Below are positions 8,516 to 18,261 of a stretch of DNA of 64,000 nucleotides, one piece after another (within the stretch, counting starts at the first letter, position 1; each line of letters begins with the position of its first letter). The notes beneath the pieces are model-generated. The model had not been told where the DNA came from and ran no database searches. It saw nothing but the letters and a program-made list of their open reading frames with translations. The stretch spans positions 3,425 through 67,424 of the forward strand of contig CAZPMS010000006.1 of assembly GCA_964588165.1 (NCBI GenBank). The letters run 5' to 3'. The position numbers and the translations under genes are program-made. This stretch comes from an uncultured Gammaproteobacteria bacterium (GTDB lineage Bacteria > Patescibacteriota > Patescibacteriia > UBA1558 > UBA10009).

Positions 8516-10882
8516 ATGGCTACCACCGCAAAAGAAGTAGCTGGCGCAGCCACTGCTACCTCAGCTGCCGCAGCCAGAGAACAATTCCGTTTGGAACTGT
8601 GGCAAGTTTTCCGCGACATTCTTATCGGCAAAGACAAGTGGGTTGATGAAGTTGCCAGAACCCATTACGAAAACCAATTCAAGGAACAGTTTTCGGAGAA
8701 ATACGACCTACTTCTGAAAATGCTTCATCCCGACAACCTAAGTACTACCGACCAGCATTGCCTGGATATGGTGGCCTTGGAACATGCCAAGTTGGCCGAT
8801 AAATCTTTGCACGAAAAGGATACGGCTAAGCTCATACCAGGGATGTTTAAAATCTTCTGCGACAAGTTGGAAGAAGTTATTGACTTGGCTACCGAAGGTG
8901 ATGAGTTTGACGTCATCAAAGCGCACACACTGCTCCGGGACAAACGCTGGATCGGTCAGGGCTTCTGGGCTCAAAGGCTAAAGGAAAACATGGGTGAAAT
9001 TCTCAAGCTGGGTTGGATTTCTGAAGGCCTGAGAAGATTTATCCAATCTCCTATCGTTCATGACTTCATGGAAGGAGCTGAACAGCCTTCCATCGATTTC
9101 TTTGAATGGGCCCAGCAGCATTACAACCTCGCAGCCAAAATACGCAGCGGAGCACCCAGTAATCGCCGTTACAGCAACAACCCCTTCAAAAACTTTTTTG
9201 TAGGGCTGCAGTTGATGATTGGTGTTGCTTGGAACTATCTGATGGTAGGCTTGGGCAAGGTGAACAAGTTAAGGCAACAGAATTGGCACAGGATTGGCAA
9301 AAGGACCTTCTGGACAACCATAATTGTTCTGGGTGTGGTCATTGCTTTCCTGATACTGCTGGGATTAGGAATCCACAACAGCTACTTCAAAAGTACCAAC
9401 TACCTTTGGCTTATTGCGACTGCTGGAATTCTACTGTTCATCATCTTTGCTACACTCAAGATTATTGAGGCTGCACTGGGATTGGCCATCTTCACGGTAC
9501 GCTTGGCTTTTGCTGTTATAGCTAGGCCGTCCCTCTGGACCGTTGAACAAGGCGGTAAGTTTATCTGGCAAGTTGGTACTTGGCCAATTGAATTTGGCTT
9601 TGACGCTATAACCGACACCTTTAAGGGGCTATTAATGTTCTTAGGGGTTGATATTGAGGACATTGAACGGTTAAGCGACAGAAAATTCGAACTGACTGAA
9701 GCTCAGAAATCTGCTTGGGGAGATTTAAGTAAACGAACAGAAGACTTGATGAAAGGCGCCCGCCAAACCAGTATTTTCATCACTGTCGGCTTCAAGTATT
9801 TTGCGGCGCTGATAACTTCCACTTCTTTCCTGATCTTGGCCAAATGGCAGTTTTCTGGCGTAGACTCCAGTGCGGTTTTGAACAATCCGGTTTTTGCTCT
9901 GCTGATTCTTTTCCTGCTGGGCTCGCTTTTCACCCATTTTGGAATCCGTGAATATCAGGCAAGAATTGCTAAAGCTACCGGCTTAGATGACAAAAAGCGC
10001 TCCTGGCGAACAGTTAACCGGATTGCTTTTGCTTGCCTTGTTCTGCTGATTCTGGCTGAATGGCGATTTGAAACCGTCACTAACGTCTGGTACTACAATG
10101 CCAGGCAATCAGCAGCCATAACCGAACACGCAAACCAAGAAAGGAGGCTTAAAACTGCGATTTGGGAAAAAAATCGCAGTGCAACAATTCATCGTGGAGC
10201 AACTGTATTTTTGGCAGAAACCGATACAGAAAACGATGATGAGTCTTACATCGTCATAACCGACTCAACTTTCAGCCGGCCAAATCCGAATGTGGTTTAT
10301 GTGGTAAAACCTGCCCTTGAGCAAAACGGCCAGGTATTTACTATCTACAACCCCATTGACCAAAATGGCATCAGGCAAGCAAGCCTGCAATACGCTGTTT
10401 TGGCTCAATATCTGGATCAGGTTACTCCAAACGAGGCAGCCCGCTTGCTGGCTACCAAAACTGAGGCAAAGCCATCATTAATGCCTAGCTCCATTACTTA
10501 CAATCCGAGCAAAGGCATGGCAGTGCTTGGGTATGTTAACACCGATGATGTTCTTTATCTGGATCCTGTCCAACTGTCACTACTTAGCTGTCCTGAAGAA
10601 AGCGATATTGGACTGAAAGGTACCCATGGTACACCGCGTAGCCGCCATGAAGATTGGCCTGAAGAATTCGTTGATCAGCGCATGCGGCTTGGCGCCCTGT
10701 TGGTGAAATTACCAGCTTATGGTTGGCAACCTTTGTACCAAGCCGAGTCATTCAACATCCGTGGCAGCGGAACAGCCATGGTCTGCGTTAATACGCGGCG
10801 TGGGCTTTTTGGCCTTAACGAAGGAGGAATGGTAGATATTGCTATCAGGCTGGAAACCTATGCCGAAATGGCACAACGTTAA
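8516..10882 (+). CDS. large polytopic membrane protein of unknown function, GC-rich orphan (788 aa)
   Basis: AAGGAG ribosome-binding site. An alpha-helical N-terminal domain of about 225 aa, then about 7 predicted transmembrane helices in two clusters, then a C-terminal soluble domain of about 270 aa. No recognisable family. Confidence 0.6.
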   Translation: MATTAKEVAGAATATSAAAAREQFRLELWQVFRDILIGKDKWVDEVARTHYENQFKEQFSEKYDLLLKMLHPDNLSTTDQHCLDMVALEHAKLADKSLHEKDTAKLIPGMFKIFCDKLEEVIDLATEGDEFDVIKAHTLLRDKRWIGQGFWAQRLKENMGEILKLGWISEGLRRFIQSPIVHDFMEGAEQPSIDFFEWAQQHYNLAAKIRSGAPSNRRYSNNPFKNFFVGLQLMIGVAWNYLMVGLGKVNKLRQQNWHRIGKRTFWTTIIVLGVVIAFLILLGLGIHNSYFKSTNYLWLIATAGILLFIIFATLKIIEAALGLAIFTVRLAFAVIARPSLWTVEQGGKFIWQVGTWPIEFGFDAITDTFKGLLMFLGVDIEDIERLSDRKFELTEAQKSAWGDLSKRTEDLMKGARQTSIFITVGFKYFAALITSTSFLILAKWQFSGVDSSAVLNNPVFALLILFLLGSLFTHFGIREYQARIAKATGLDDKKRSWRTVNRIAFACLVLLILAEWRFETVTNVWYYNARQSAAITEHANQERRLKTAIWEKNRSATIHRGATVFLAETDTENDDESYIVITDSTFSRPNPNVVYVVKPALEQNGQVFTIYNPIDQNGIRQASLQYAVLAQYLDQVTPNEAARLLATKTEAKPSLMPSSITYNPSKGMAVLGYVNTDDVLYLDPVQLSLLSCPEESDIGLKGTHGTPRSRHEDWPEEFVDQRMRLGALLVKLPAYGWQPLYQAESFNIRGSGTAMVCVNTRRGLFGLNEGGMVDIAIRLETYAEMAQR

Positions 10883-10891
10883 CAACAAACA

Positions 10892-10931
10892 ACCCCTTAT
10901 CATTTTTTCAAAATGATAAGGGGTTTTCTTT
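10892..10931. terminator. bidirectional intrinsic terminator between convergent ORF 8516..10882 and dnaJ
   Basis: Perfect 14-bp inverted repeat ccccttatcatttt/aaaatgataagggg with T-runs on both sides. Confidence 0.7.
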
Positions 10932-10945
10932 TAAATAAATTTATT

Positions 10946-10976
10946 CTACAAACTACCAACTACAACCTACTCACTA
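10946..10976. repeat. T-family repeat, copy 4, abutting the dnaJ stop
   Basis: ctacaaactaccaactacaacctactcacta. Confidence 0.5.
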
Positions 10977-10978
10977 TA

Positions 10979-12097
10979 TTATAATCCTTCTTTTTCTAAA
11001 TCTTCCAATAACTTCTTTTGCTTCCGGCTTAAATTATCAGGCACTTCTACCTTTACTTCTACAATTAAGTCTCCCCTGCCTCGGCCTCTTAATTTATGGG
11101 AGCCTTTATTTTTAATATTAAATTGGCGTCCAGTTGGCGTACCAGCCGGAATTTTTAAACTTACTTTGCCGTCTAAGGTTTCTATCTGGACTTTATCGCC
11201 CAAACTGGCTTGAGAAAATTTAATGGTTTTAGTTGTATGCAAATTATCGCCTTCTCTGTTAAATATTTTATGGGGCAAAACCCTAACTGTTATATATAAA
11301 TCTCCGGCTGTGGAACCTTTTAAGCCAGCTTCGCCTTTACTGGTTAGCCTTACAGTTTCCCCGGTAGAAATTCCGGCCGGAATACCAACTTTAACCCTTT
11401 CTTTGCCTCTTACTATACCATTACCGTGGCACTTAGCACATTCTTTTTCCGGTTTTTTACCTTCACCCATGCAGGCTTCGCAAACAGCTGCTGTCCTAAA
11501 AGTGCCAAAAAAAGTATTTTGAGTTTTATTTACCTGCCCGGAACCGCCACAGGTTTTGCATCCGCTGATTTTAGTGCCTGGCTCTGCCCCATTTCCCTTG
11601 CATTTTTCACACAAAATATTTTTAGAAATATCCAAAGTTTTTTCTATACCAAAAATTGCTTCCTCTAAAGTAATATTTATGCCAGCTTCAATGTCTCTGC
11701 CTTTATAATTCCTTCTGGTTGCTTGTTGGCGTTGGCCACCGCCAAAAAAATCGCCAAAGATATCGCCCAAATCATCAATATTAATATTATAACTACCTTG
11801 TCTAAAACCACCTCCACCTGCTCCACCTTGCCTAAAGGCATCAGACCAGTTAAAACCGGCATCATAAGCTGCCTGGCCGCCCATGCCCTCAAAACTGGTT
11901 CCAAACTGATCATACTGCTTTCTTTTTTTATCATTGCCAAGAACCTGATAAGCTTCGTTTACTTCTTTAAACTTATCAGCATTGCCGTTGCCTTTATCCG
12001 GATGATGCTCATGTGCCTTTTTCCTAAAGGCTTTTTTTACTTCATCGGCAGTGGCGCTTTTCTCTACGCCCAATGTTTTATAGTAATCTTTTCCCAT
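10979..12097 (-). CDS. dnaJ: chaperone DnaJ
   Basis: J-domain with HPD (HEHHPDKG), Gly/Phe-rich region, four CxxCxGxG zinc-finger repeats. Confidence 0.92.
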   Translation of the reverse strand: MGKDYYKTLGVEKSATADEVKKAFRKKAHEHHPDKGNGNADKFKEVNEAYQVLGNDKKRKQYDQFGTSFEGMGGQAAYDAGFNWSDAFRQGGAGGGGFRQGSYNINIDDLGDIFGDFFGGGQRQQATRRNYKGRDIEAGINITLEEAIFGIEKTLDISKNILCEKCKGNGAEPGTKISGCKTCGGSGQVNKTQNTFFGTFRTAAVCEACMGEGKKPEKECAKCHGNGIVRGKERVKVGIPAGISTGETVRLTSKGEAGLKGSTAGDLYITVRVLPHKIFNREGDNLHTTKTIKFSQASLGDKVQIETLDGKVSLKIPAGTPTGRQFNIKNKGSHKLRGRGRGDLIVEVKVEVPDNLSRKQKKLLEDLEKEGL

Positions 12098-12149
12098 TAT
12101 AATATGTTAAGCCGACGGTTTTTAAACCGCCGGCCTGAACGTTTATTTA

Positions 12150-14084
12150 TTATTTATCTTCCTTGTCATCCGAAGAGGATGATTCCTTTACTTCTTCAAC
12201 TTCTGCTTCCACAGGTTCGTCTTTCTTTTCTTCTGATTGGTTTTCTTGACCTTCCTGACCTTCAGTTGGCTGTGCCTGCTCTTGCTGTTGTTTATACATG
12301 CTTTCACCAATTTTCTGGACAGTCTGGTTCATATCTTCCAAAGCCTTGTTAATAACTTCAGCATCTTCGCCATCTTTAACCTTTTTTAAGGCATCCATTT
12401 TTTCGGTTACTTCGGTTTTTACATCTTCCGGAACCTTATCAGCTGATTCCTTAAGTAGTTTTTCTGTTTGGAAGATTACTGAATCGGCATTGTTTTTAGC
12501 ATCAATTAAATCCTTTTTCTTTTTATCATCATCAGCATGAAGTTCAGCATCCTTTTTCATCTTTTCTACTTCATCTTTAGAAAGTCCGGATGAAGCGGTA
12601 ATGGTAATTGACTGTTCTTTACCTGTGGCTTTATCTTGCGCCTTAACGCTTAAAATGCCGTTGGCATCTATATCAAAGGTAACTTCCACTTGAGGAACGC
12701 CCCTTGGTGCCGGCGGAATTCCGGAAAGGATAAATCTGCCTAAAGTTTTATTATCTTGGGCCATTTCTCTTTCGCCCTGTAAAACATTAATTTCTACTGA
12801 TGACTGGTTATCGGCCGCAGTAGAAAAAATTTGTGTTTTAGAAGTTGGGATGGTGGTATTCTTTTCTATTAACGGAGTCCTTACGCCACCTAAGGTTTCT
12901 AAGCCTAGAGTTAAAGGAGTTACATCCAATAACAGCACATCTTTAACATCGCCTTGCAAAACACCAGCCTGGACTGCAGCTCCAAGTGCTACTACCTCGT
13001 CTGGATTAACTGAAATATTTGGCTTTTTGCCAAAATATTCCTCTACCTTCTTTAATACTAAAGGCATTCTGGTCATGCCGCCAACTAAAATTATTTCGTC
13101 TATATCTTCTTTTTTAAAGCCGGAATCTTTTATTGCTAATTCAACCGCTTTAAACGATTGTTCAACTAACTCTGTAGTTAACTCATCAAGTTTAGCTCTG
13201 GTTAATTTCATTACCAAATGTTTTGGCCCTGCCTGATCGGTTGTTATAAACGGCTGATTAATTTCAGTTTCAGTGGAAGTAGAAAGTTCTACCTTGGCTT
13301 TTTCTGCGGCTTCTTTAACTCTTTGCATGGCCATGGCGTCACCGGTTAAATCTATACCCTGGTCTTTTTTGAATTCAGCAATAATCCAGTTAATAACCTT
13401 CTGGTCAAAGTCATCACCACCTAAATGAGTATCGCCATTGGTGGATTTAACTTCTACAGTATCTTCAGAAACATCTAAAATAGAAATATCAAAAGTTCCG
13501 CCGCCAAGGTCATAAACTGCCAGCTGCTGATTTTTCTTTTTATCAAAACCATAAGCCAAAGCAGCGGCTGTTGGTTCATTAACAATACGCTTTACTTTAA
13601 AACCGGCAATTTCTCCTGCATCCTTTGTGGCTTGACGCTGTGAATCGCTAAAATAAGCCGGTACGGTAATAATGGCTTCTTCAATTTTTTCACCCAGTTT
13701 CTCTTCAGCATCAGCTTTTAGCTTCTGCAAAATCATGGCCGAAATTTCTTGGGGCGTATATTCCTTATCTCCCATTTTAACTTTAACGCCAGCACCTGAT
13801 TTGACGATTTTATAAGGCATGGTTTTAATGTCGTCTTGGACTTCTTTATCTTCAAACTTTCGTCCAATTAAACGTTTTATGGAAAACAAAGTACTTTCCG
13901 GATTGGTGACGGCTTGCCTTTTAGCCAGTTGGCCGGCTAACCTTTCGTTGGTTTTGGAAACAGCCACCATAGATGGGGTGGTTCTGTTGCCTTCTTTGTT
14001 TTCTAATATTTTTGGCTGTCCGCCTTCCATAACAGCCATGGCTGAATTTGTTGTTCCTAGATCAATACCTAATATTTTTGGCAT
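12150..14084 (-). CDS. dnaK: chaperone DnaK (Hsp70)
   Basis: [16 protein letters not shown] and Hsp70 signatures over the full length (644 aa). Confidence 0.95.
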   Translation of the reverse strand: MPKILGIDLGTTNSAMAVMEGGQPKILENKEGNRTTPSMVAVSKTNERLAGQLAKRQAVTNPESTLFSIKRLIGRKFEDKEVQDDIKTMPYKIVKSGAGVKVKMGDKEYTPQEISAMILQKLKADAEEKLGEKIEEAIITVPAYFSDSQRQATKDAGEIAGFKVKRIVNEPTAAALAYGFDKKKNQQLAVYDLGGGTFDISILDVSEDTVEVKSTNGDTHLGGDDFDQKVINWIIAEFKKDQGIDLTGDAMAMQRVKEAAEKAKVELSTSTETEINQPFITTDQAGPKHLVMKLTRAKLDELTTELVEQSFKAVELAIKDSGFKKEDIDEIILVGGMTRMPLVLKKVEEYFGKKPNISVNPDEVVALGAAVQAGVLQGDVKDVLLLDVTPLTLGLETLGGVRTPLIEKNTTIPTSKTQIFSTAADNQSSVEINVLQGEREMAQDNKTLGRFILSGIPPAPRGVPQVEVTFDIDANGILSVKAQDKATGKEQSITITASSGLSKDEVEKMKKDAELHADDDKKKKDLIDAKNNADSVIFQTEKLLKESADKVPEDVKTEVTEKMDALKKVKDGEDAEVINKALEDMNQTVQKIGESMYKQQQEQAQPTEGQEGQENQSEEKKDEPVEAEVEEVKESSSSDDKEDK

Positions 14085-14180
14085 ATTTTTATTATTAATT
14101 ATTAATAATTGATGATTAATGACTTATGATCATACTTATAATTAATTGATCATAAATCATAGTCCATAAATTAATTTCAA

Positions 14181-14224
14181 TATCTGCGAATAATCTGCGC
14201 GTCATCTGTGACCAATCTGCGTAT
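14181..14224 (+). promoter_or_regulatory. phased array of four ATCTGYG heptamers
   Basis: atATCTGCGaataATCTGCGcgtcATCTGTGaccaATCTGCGt upstream of the promoter at 14238. Confidence 0.5.
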
Positions 14225-14237
14225 CTCTTATTAACTA

Positions 14238-14266
14238 TTGACAAATCCTGTAACTGTTGTTAAATT
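14238..14266 (+). promoter_or_regulatory. sigma70-like promoter TTGACA-17-TAAATT
   Basis: ttgacaaatcctgtaactgttgttaaatt. Confidence 0.5.
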
Positions 14267-14306
14267 AACTTGAAATGTTCAACAAAACTTAACAAGGAGA
14301 TATCTG

Positions 14307-14762
14307 ATGGACCAGCATGTATTTACTTTGAAAGGACGCTTCTGGTGCCTTGGAGGCCTTAGCGTTCATAGGGCTTTATTAAGGCCAGCTGACTACCTGC
14401 AAGATCCTAGGCCGACTCTGGGCGAAATGACCAAGGCATTCTTTAACCTGATGCATCTGAAACTTGGCAGGCTCGAACTTCCTATCCAAAAGGGTGGCCA
14501 TGGAGAAATCTGGATTTTTTATCCTAATGGATCTGGATTTAAAATTGAATTCAGGGAAGGGAAATTATGCCTCATCCGTTTTGGCAAATTCAGTGATGAT
14601 AGTCTGGATGTAAAATATCATGAAAATATTCTCGCCAAAATACCAATAGGCTCCCTGCCTCCAGAAGCAATAAAACAAGATTTTGTGCTTGACAATGGAA
14701 TGATACTGAATCACGATTCAATATCTCAACTAGGAACTGTCTTTACTGGCCTAGCCGCCTAA
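14307..14762 (+). CDS. hypothetical protein, GC-rich orphan (151 aa), inserted antisense within the hrcA-grpE-dnaK-dnaJ cluster
   Basis: ORF with AGGAG ribosome-binding site and its own consensus promoter plus ATCTGCG array. Confidence 0.5.
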   Translation: MDQHVFTLKGRFWCLGGLSVHRALLRPADYLQDPRPTLGEMTKAFFNLMHLKLGRLELPIQKGGHGEIWIFYPNGSGFKIEFREGKLCLIRFGKFSDDSLDVKYHENILAKIPIGSLPPEAIKQDFVLDNGMILNHDSISQLGTVFTGLAA

Positions 14763-14812
14763 AGTACATTTTCATCCCAATGAAGAGTTTAACCGCTCTT
14801 CATTTTTTTTCC

Positions 14813-15148
14813 TTAAAATCCTTTCAATTTTTCTATAAAAGAACTATCTTTATTAATTAACTGATGAATCTCTAAAACATTATCAGAAATAATTTCTGGC
14901 TCCAATGTATAATCCATAACTTCTATTGCTGAAAGATCTGTTAAAATTGCATTGCCGATTAAACCGTGCGGCATGGTCATAACCCTTACAATAATACTGG
15001 AAGAACAGTGGCCACAGGTTAAATATGCCAAAAAGCCTTGTTCGTTTTCATCCAATATTTCAATCTTGCCTTCGGTATAATCATGGTTGCAAACCGGGCA
15101 TTTTTGAACCAATTTCAAACTAAATTGTCCTTTTTGACTGTTATTCAT
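14813..15148 (-). CDS. hypothetical zinc-ribbon protein (111 aa)
   Basis: CPVCNH...CGHC cysteine pairs; lies in the heat-shock gene cluster. Confidence 0.45.
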   Translation of the reverse strand: MNNSQKGQFSLKLVQKCPVCNHDYTEGKIEILDENEQGFLAYLTCGHCSSSIIVRVMTMPHGLIGNAILTDLSAIEVMDYTLEPEIISDNVLEIHQLINKDSSFIEKLKGF

Positions 15149-15152
15149 TTAT

Positions 15153-15584
15153 TTATTTCTTATTTTTCTTTTTAATTTCCACTTTAACGCTTTTTGGTTT
15201 TAATTTCTCTTGTTTTGGAATACTTATCTTTAAAATACCGTCTTCATATTCTGCCTTGGCCTTATCACCGCTAACTGAAACAGGCAAAGCCACGCTCCTA
15301 TGGAATGAACCGGTTCTGACTTCTTTTCTATAATAACTTTTATCATCAATTTCAGTCTTTTTTTCAATTTTACCATCCATGGTCAAAATATCATTTTCTA
15401 CCGTGATATTTACATCCTCTGGCTTAACTCCTACAAGTGGCGCTTCTACTATTAAATTTTTTTCATCTTGATAAATATCCAAAGATGGTGCAAAACCACT
15501 CTGTCTGTTACCAGGAAAATTGGTTATAAATTTGTCCATTTCATCAAATGGTTCAAAGAATGGACTCCATCTTATTAATGTCAT
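15153..15584 (-). CDS. Hsp20/alpha-crystallin family small heat-shock protein
   Basis: 143 aa; alpha-crystallin domain ending ...GILKISIPK. Confidence 0.8.
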   Translation of the reverse strand: MTLIRWSPFFEPFDEMDKFITNFPGNRQSGFAPSLDIYQDEKNLIVEAPLVGVKPEDVNITVENDILTMDGKIEKKTEIDDKSYYRKEVRTGSFHRSVALPVSVSGDKAKAEYEDGILKISIPKQEKLKPKSVKVEIKKKNKK

Positions 15585-15602
15585 AGGATTATTAACTATT
15601 AA

Positions 15603-16106
15603 TTATTTTTTTGAAACGATAACTTGGGCTGGCTGTAAAACACTATCCTTTATTTTGTAGCCAGACTTTATCTCTTTAATTATGATATTATCAGTTTGAT
15701 CTGACTCTTCCTGGCCAACTGCCTCATGAAATTCGGGATTAAATTCTTCTCCCACTGTTTTTATCTCTTCAATAGCAAACCTTTTTAAAAATTGATCAAA
15801 TTCAGCTCTAATATGTCCAAGACCCTCTAACCATTCTTGGTCTGACTTTTCTTTAGGTTGATGGTTTAAGGCTAATTTAAAATGGTCATAAATTGTTAAA
15901 ACTTCCAATATAATTCCGGCGGTAGAATATTCAACCAGATCTTTTACTTTTTTATCTGATTCTTTTTTTAGATTTTCATAATCTGCCTGAGCTCTTTTCC
16001 AGCCATTTAAATATTCTTCACATTTAGACTGAAGCTCCTCAACTTTATCCTGATCCTTGTTTATGGATCCTTGTTTATGAATTTTATTTTTTTTTGTCTT
16101 TTCCAT
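15603..16106 (-). CDS. grpE: nucleotide exchange factor GrpE
   Basis: Coiled N-terminus and a C-terminal GYKIKDSVLQPAQVIV motif. Confidence 0.8.
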   Translation of the reverse strand: MEKTKKNKIHKQGSINKDQDKVEELQSKCEEYLNGWKRAQADYENLKKESDKKVKDLVEYSTAGIILEVLTIYDHFKLALNHQPKEKSDQEWLEGLGHIRAEFDQFLKRFAIEEIKTVGEEFNPEFHEAVGQEESDQTDNIIIKEIKSGYKIKDSVLQPAQVIVSKK

Positions 16107-16114
16107 TTTACCAA

Positions 16115-16804
16115 TTACTTATTACTAGTCACTAAATTAATTAAACCTAAATTTTTCTCATAATCCATTCTTATGGGCCCCAGGATTCCTAAAAGGCCAG
16201 TTTGCTTATTTAATTGCCATCTGCCTATAACACTGCTGCAATCTTGCCCAAAAGGATTTTCGGAACCTATCAATACTTGGGTTTGGCTAATGTCTTCAAA
16301 AATATCGGAAACTACTTGTTCTAAATGGTCAATTATTAAACTAATATTATAAACCATCTCTGTTTGTTTAAATTCCGGCTGCGAAAATAAGTTAGAAATG
16401 CCGGTATAATATATATTACTGTCTGAGAAAGCCACAATCACGGCATTATTGGAAAACTCAGCCATTTTTTTAGCAATTGACTTTATTGACTGTTCAACTG
16501 ACTCTTTTTTAAAAATATTAATTATTTTTTGAATTTCTTTTTGCTCGGTTGAATTTATTTTGCCATCCTTAATATGATTTTCTAAAAAATACTTGTAGCC
16601 TTTTTCGGTAGGAATTCTGCCGGCCGAAGTATGTGGCTGGATAATATAACCCTCTTTTTCTAAATCAGCCATTTCGTTCCTAATGGTAGCTGAAGAAACT
16701 CCCAGTTTGGATTTATCTTCCAATAATTTTGAACCTACCGGGCTGGCTTGTTTAATATACTGTTTAATTATTTGGCTAAGTAAAGCCTTTTTTCTCTCTT
16801 CCAT
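16115..16804 (-). CDS. hrcA: heat-inducible transcription repressor HrcA (short form, 229 aa)
   Basis: N-terminal winged-helix region (LLSQIIKQYIKQASPVGSKLL...SSATIRNEMADLE); a CIRCE operator lies immediately upstream. Confidence 0.8.
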   Translation of the reverse strand: MEERKKALLSQIIKQYIKQASPVGSKLLEDKSKLGVSSATIRNEMADLEKEGYIIQPHTSAGRIPTEKGYKYFLENHIKDGKINSTEQKEIQKIINIFKKESVEQSIKSIAKKMAEFSNNAVIVAFSDSNIYYTGISNLFSQPEFKQTEMVYNISLIIDHLEQVVSDIFEDISQTQVLIGSENPFGQDCSSVIGRWQLNKQTGLLGILGPIRMDYEKNLGLINLVTSNK

Positions 16805-16819
16805 AGACTTGAGAATTAA

Positions 16820-16846
16820 CTAGCACTCAAGCCATATGAGTGCTAA
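16820..16846. promoter_or_regulatory. CIRCE operator (HrcA binding site)
   Basis: cTAGCACTC-aagccatat-GAGTGCTAa fits TTAGCACTC-N9-GAGTGCTAA. Confidence 0.85.
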
Positions 16847-16860
16847 ATTAGTATAACATT

Positions 16861-16884
16861 TTAAAAAAGAGTGTCAACACTCTG
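16861..16884 (-). terminator. intrinsic terminator after the ABC permease gene
   Basis: agagtgtcaacactct palindrome followed by UUUUUUAA on the minus strand. Confidence 0.65.
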
Positions 16885-16903
16885 TTCAAATAATCATAAA
16901 AGA

Positions 16904-18151
16904 TTACTCGTTCCTTAAAGCAGTAATAGGATCCATTTTAGCCGCCTTTCTGGCTGGCACAAGGCCGAAAATTAAACCAATGGCGATAGAAACACTGGCC
17001 GCTATTAAAAGTGATTCCGGTTTAATTATAAACTCCCAATCCATACCCTGGCTTTTGGCACCGATTGATGTTATAAAAGATATTAAAATTCCTAAAATAA
17101 TTCCCAAGACTCCCCCGCTAAAGGTTAACACTACCGACTCCCATAAAAATTGCGATAGGATGCTTTTATAACTCGCGCCAACGGCTTTTCTTAGGCCTAT
17201 TTCATAAGTTCTTTCCGAAACAGAAACAAACATAATATTCATAATGCCCACTCCGCCAACAATTAAGCTGATGGCTACAATAGACATTAATAATAAAGTT
17301 ATACCGGCAAAAATAGCATCCCAAATTTCCATCATTTCTTCCATGGTAATTACGCCAAAATCATCTTTATTAGGATCGGTTATGCCATGCCTATCTCGCA
17401 TTAATAAAGTTATCTCCTCTGAAGTGGCTTTGCTTAATTCTTGATCTATCAAATTTCCCATAATAAACATAACGTGGTCTATGCCCATTACCAATTTTTG
17501 CAAAGTCCTCAATGGAATCAAAATCATATCATCCATATCCATATACATTATGGCGCCCCTTTCTTCCATTACTCCGATAACTTTGTAATTATTCTTGCCT
17601 ATTTTAATAGTTTCACCAACTGCATCACTTTCACCAAAATAGTCCTCTTTTATTTTTTTACCGATCACAGCCACCTTAGCTAAACTTTTATCCTCTTGGT
17701 CTGTAAAAAATCTACCTTCAGCTATTTCTGAAGTGTCTATATCTAAATATGAAGACGTAACTCCCCAAATCTGCTTCATATCCGATTCATCGTATTTTGT
17801 TACCATAGCCTGCCCGATTATGGCCGAATAGACATCAGAAATATTTGGGTGCTTTTTTACTGCATCAGCATCAGACTCTTTTAAAGTGGTTATACTTACG
17901 CCCATAACCATACTGGTGGCGTTTTCTGATGAAGCATGCGAGGTGCTGGGAGTTTTAACTTCTATTTCAATAAAATCAGATCCCCAGGCTTCTATTTGTG
18001 AAAGCATTAATCCCTTTAGGCTTTCACCAGCCGAAAATACAAGTATCACAGAAGTTATACCTATAACGATTCCTAATATAGTTAAAAAACTTCTTAACTT
18101 ATTTACGGTTAAGGCATTATAGGCGATCTTGATTGAACTTAAAAATCTCAT
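16904..18151 (-). CDS. ABC transporter permease, FtsX/MacB-like
   Basis: 415 aa; N-terminal transmembrane helix, large periplasmic domain, three C-terminal transmembrane helices. Confidence 0.75.
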   Translation of the reverse strand: MRFLSSIKIAYNALTVNKLRSFLTILGIVIGITSVILVFSAGESLKGLMLSQIEAWGSDFIEIEVKTPSTSHASSENATSMVMGVSITTLKESDADAVKKHPNISDVYSAIIGQAMVTKYDESDMKQIWGVTSSYLDIDTSEIAEGRFFTDQEDKSLAKVAVIGKKIKEDYFGESDAVGETIKIGKNNYKVIGVMEERGAIMYMDMDDMILIPLRTLQKLVMGIDHVMFIMGNLIDQELSKATSEEITLLMRDRHGITDPNKDDFGVITMEEMMEIWDAIFAGITLLLMSIVAISLIVGGVGIMNIMFVSVSERTYEIGLRKAVGASYKSILSQFLWESVVLTFSGGVLGIILGILISFITSIGAKSQGMDWEFIIKPESLLIAASVSIAIGLIFGLVPARKAAKMDPITALRNE

Positions 18152-18261
18152 TTTTCAAAAATTCTAAGCGCTAAATCTTAAATACTAAACATTTAATTAA
18201 TTAGAATTTTGAACATTTGAATTTGTTTAGAATTTAGAATTTAGAAATTATGATTTAACAA

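Noticed and set aside
7472-10000. ORFs 7472..7834(-), 7545..7880(+), 7996..8229(-), 8443..8637(-), 8725..8974(-), 8784..8981(+), 9229..9468(+), 9400..9663(-), 9703..9937(-)
   Set aside because: They overlap the long, well-formed ORFs 7397..8260 and 8516..10882 in other frames. These alternative frames arise easily in GC-richer sequence.
11223-14112. Antisense ORFs within dnaJ and dnaK (11223..11522, 11426..11668, 11677..11940, 11723..12352, 12298..12540, 12850..13236, 13819..14112)
   Set aside because: They lie inside highly conserved chaperone genes on the opposite strand or in another frame.
18152-18261. tagaatttagaatttagaaatt tandem repeat between the two ABC permease genes
   Set aside because: It is a short A/T-rich microsatellite-like slip in a spacer. 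There is no evidence of function beyond a possible promoter or ribosome-binding-site context.
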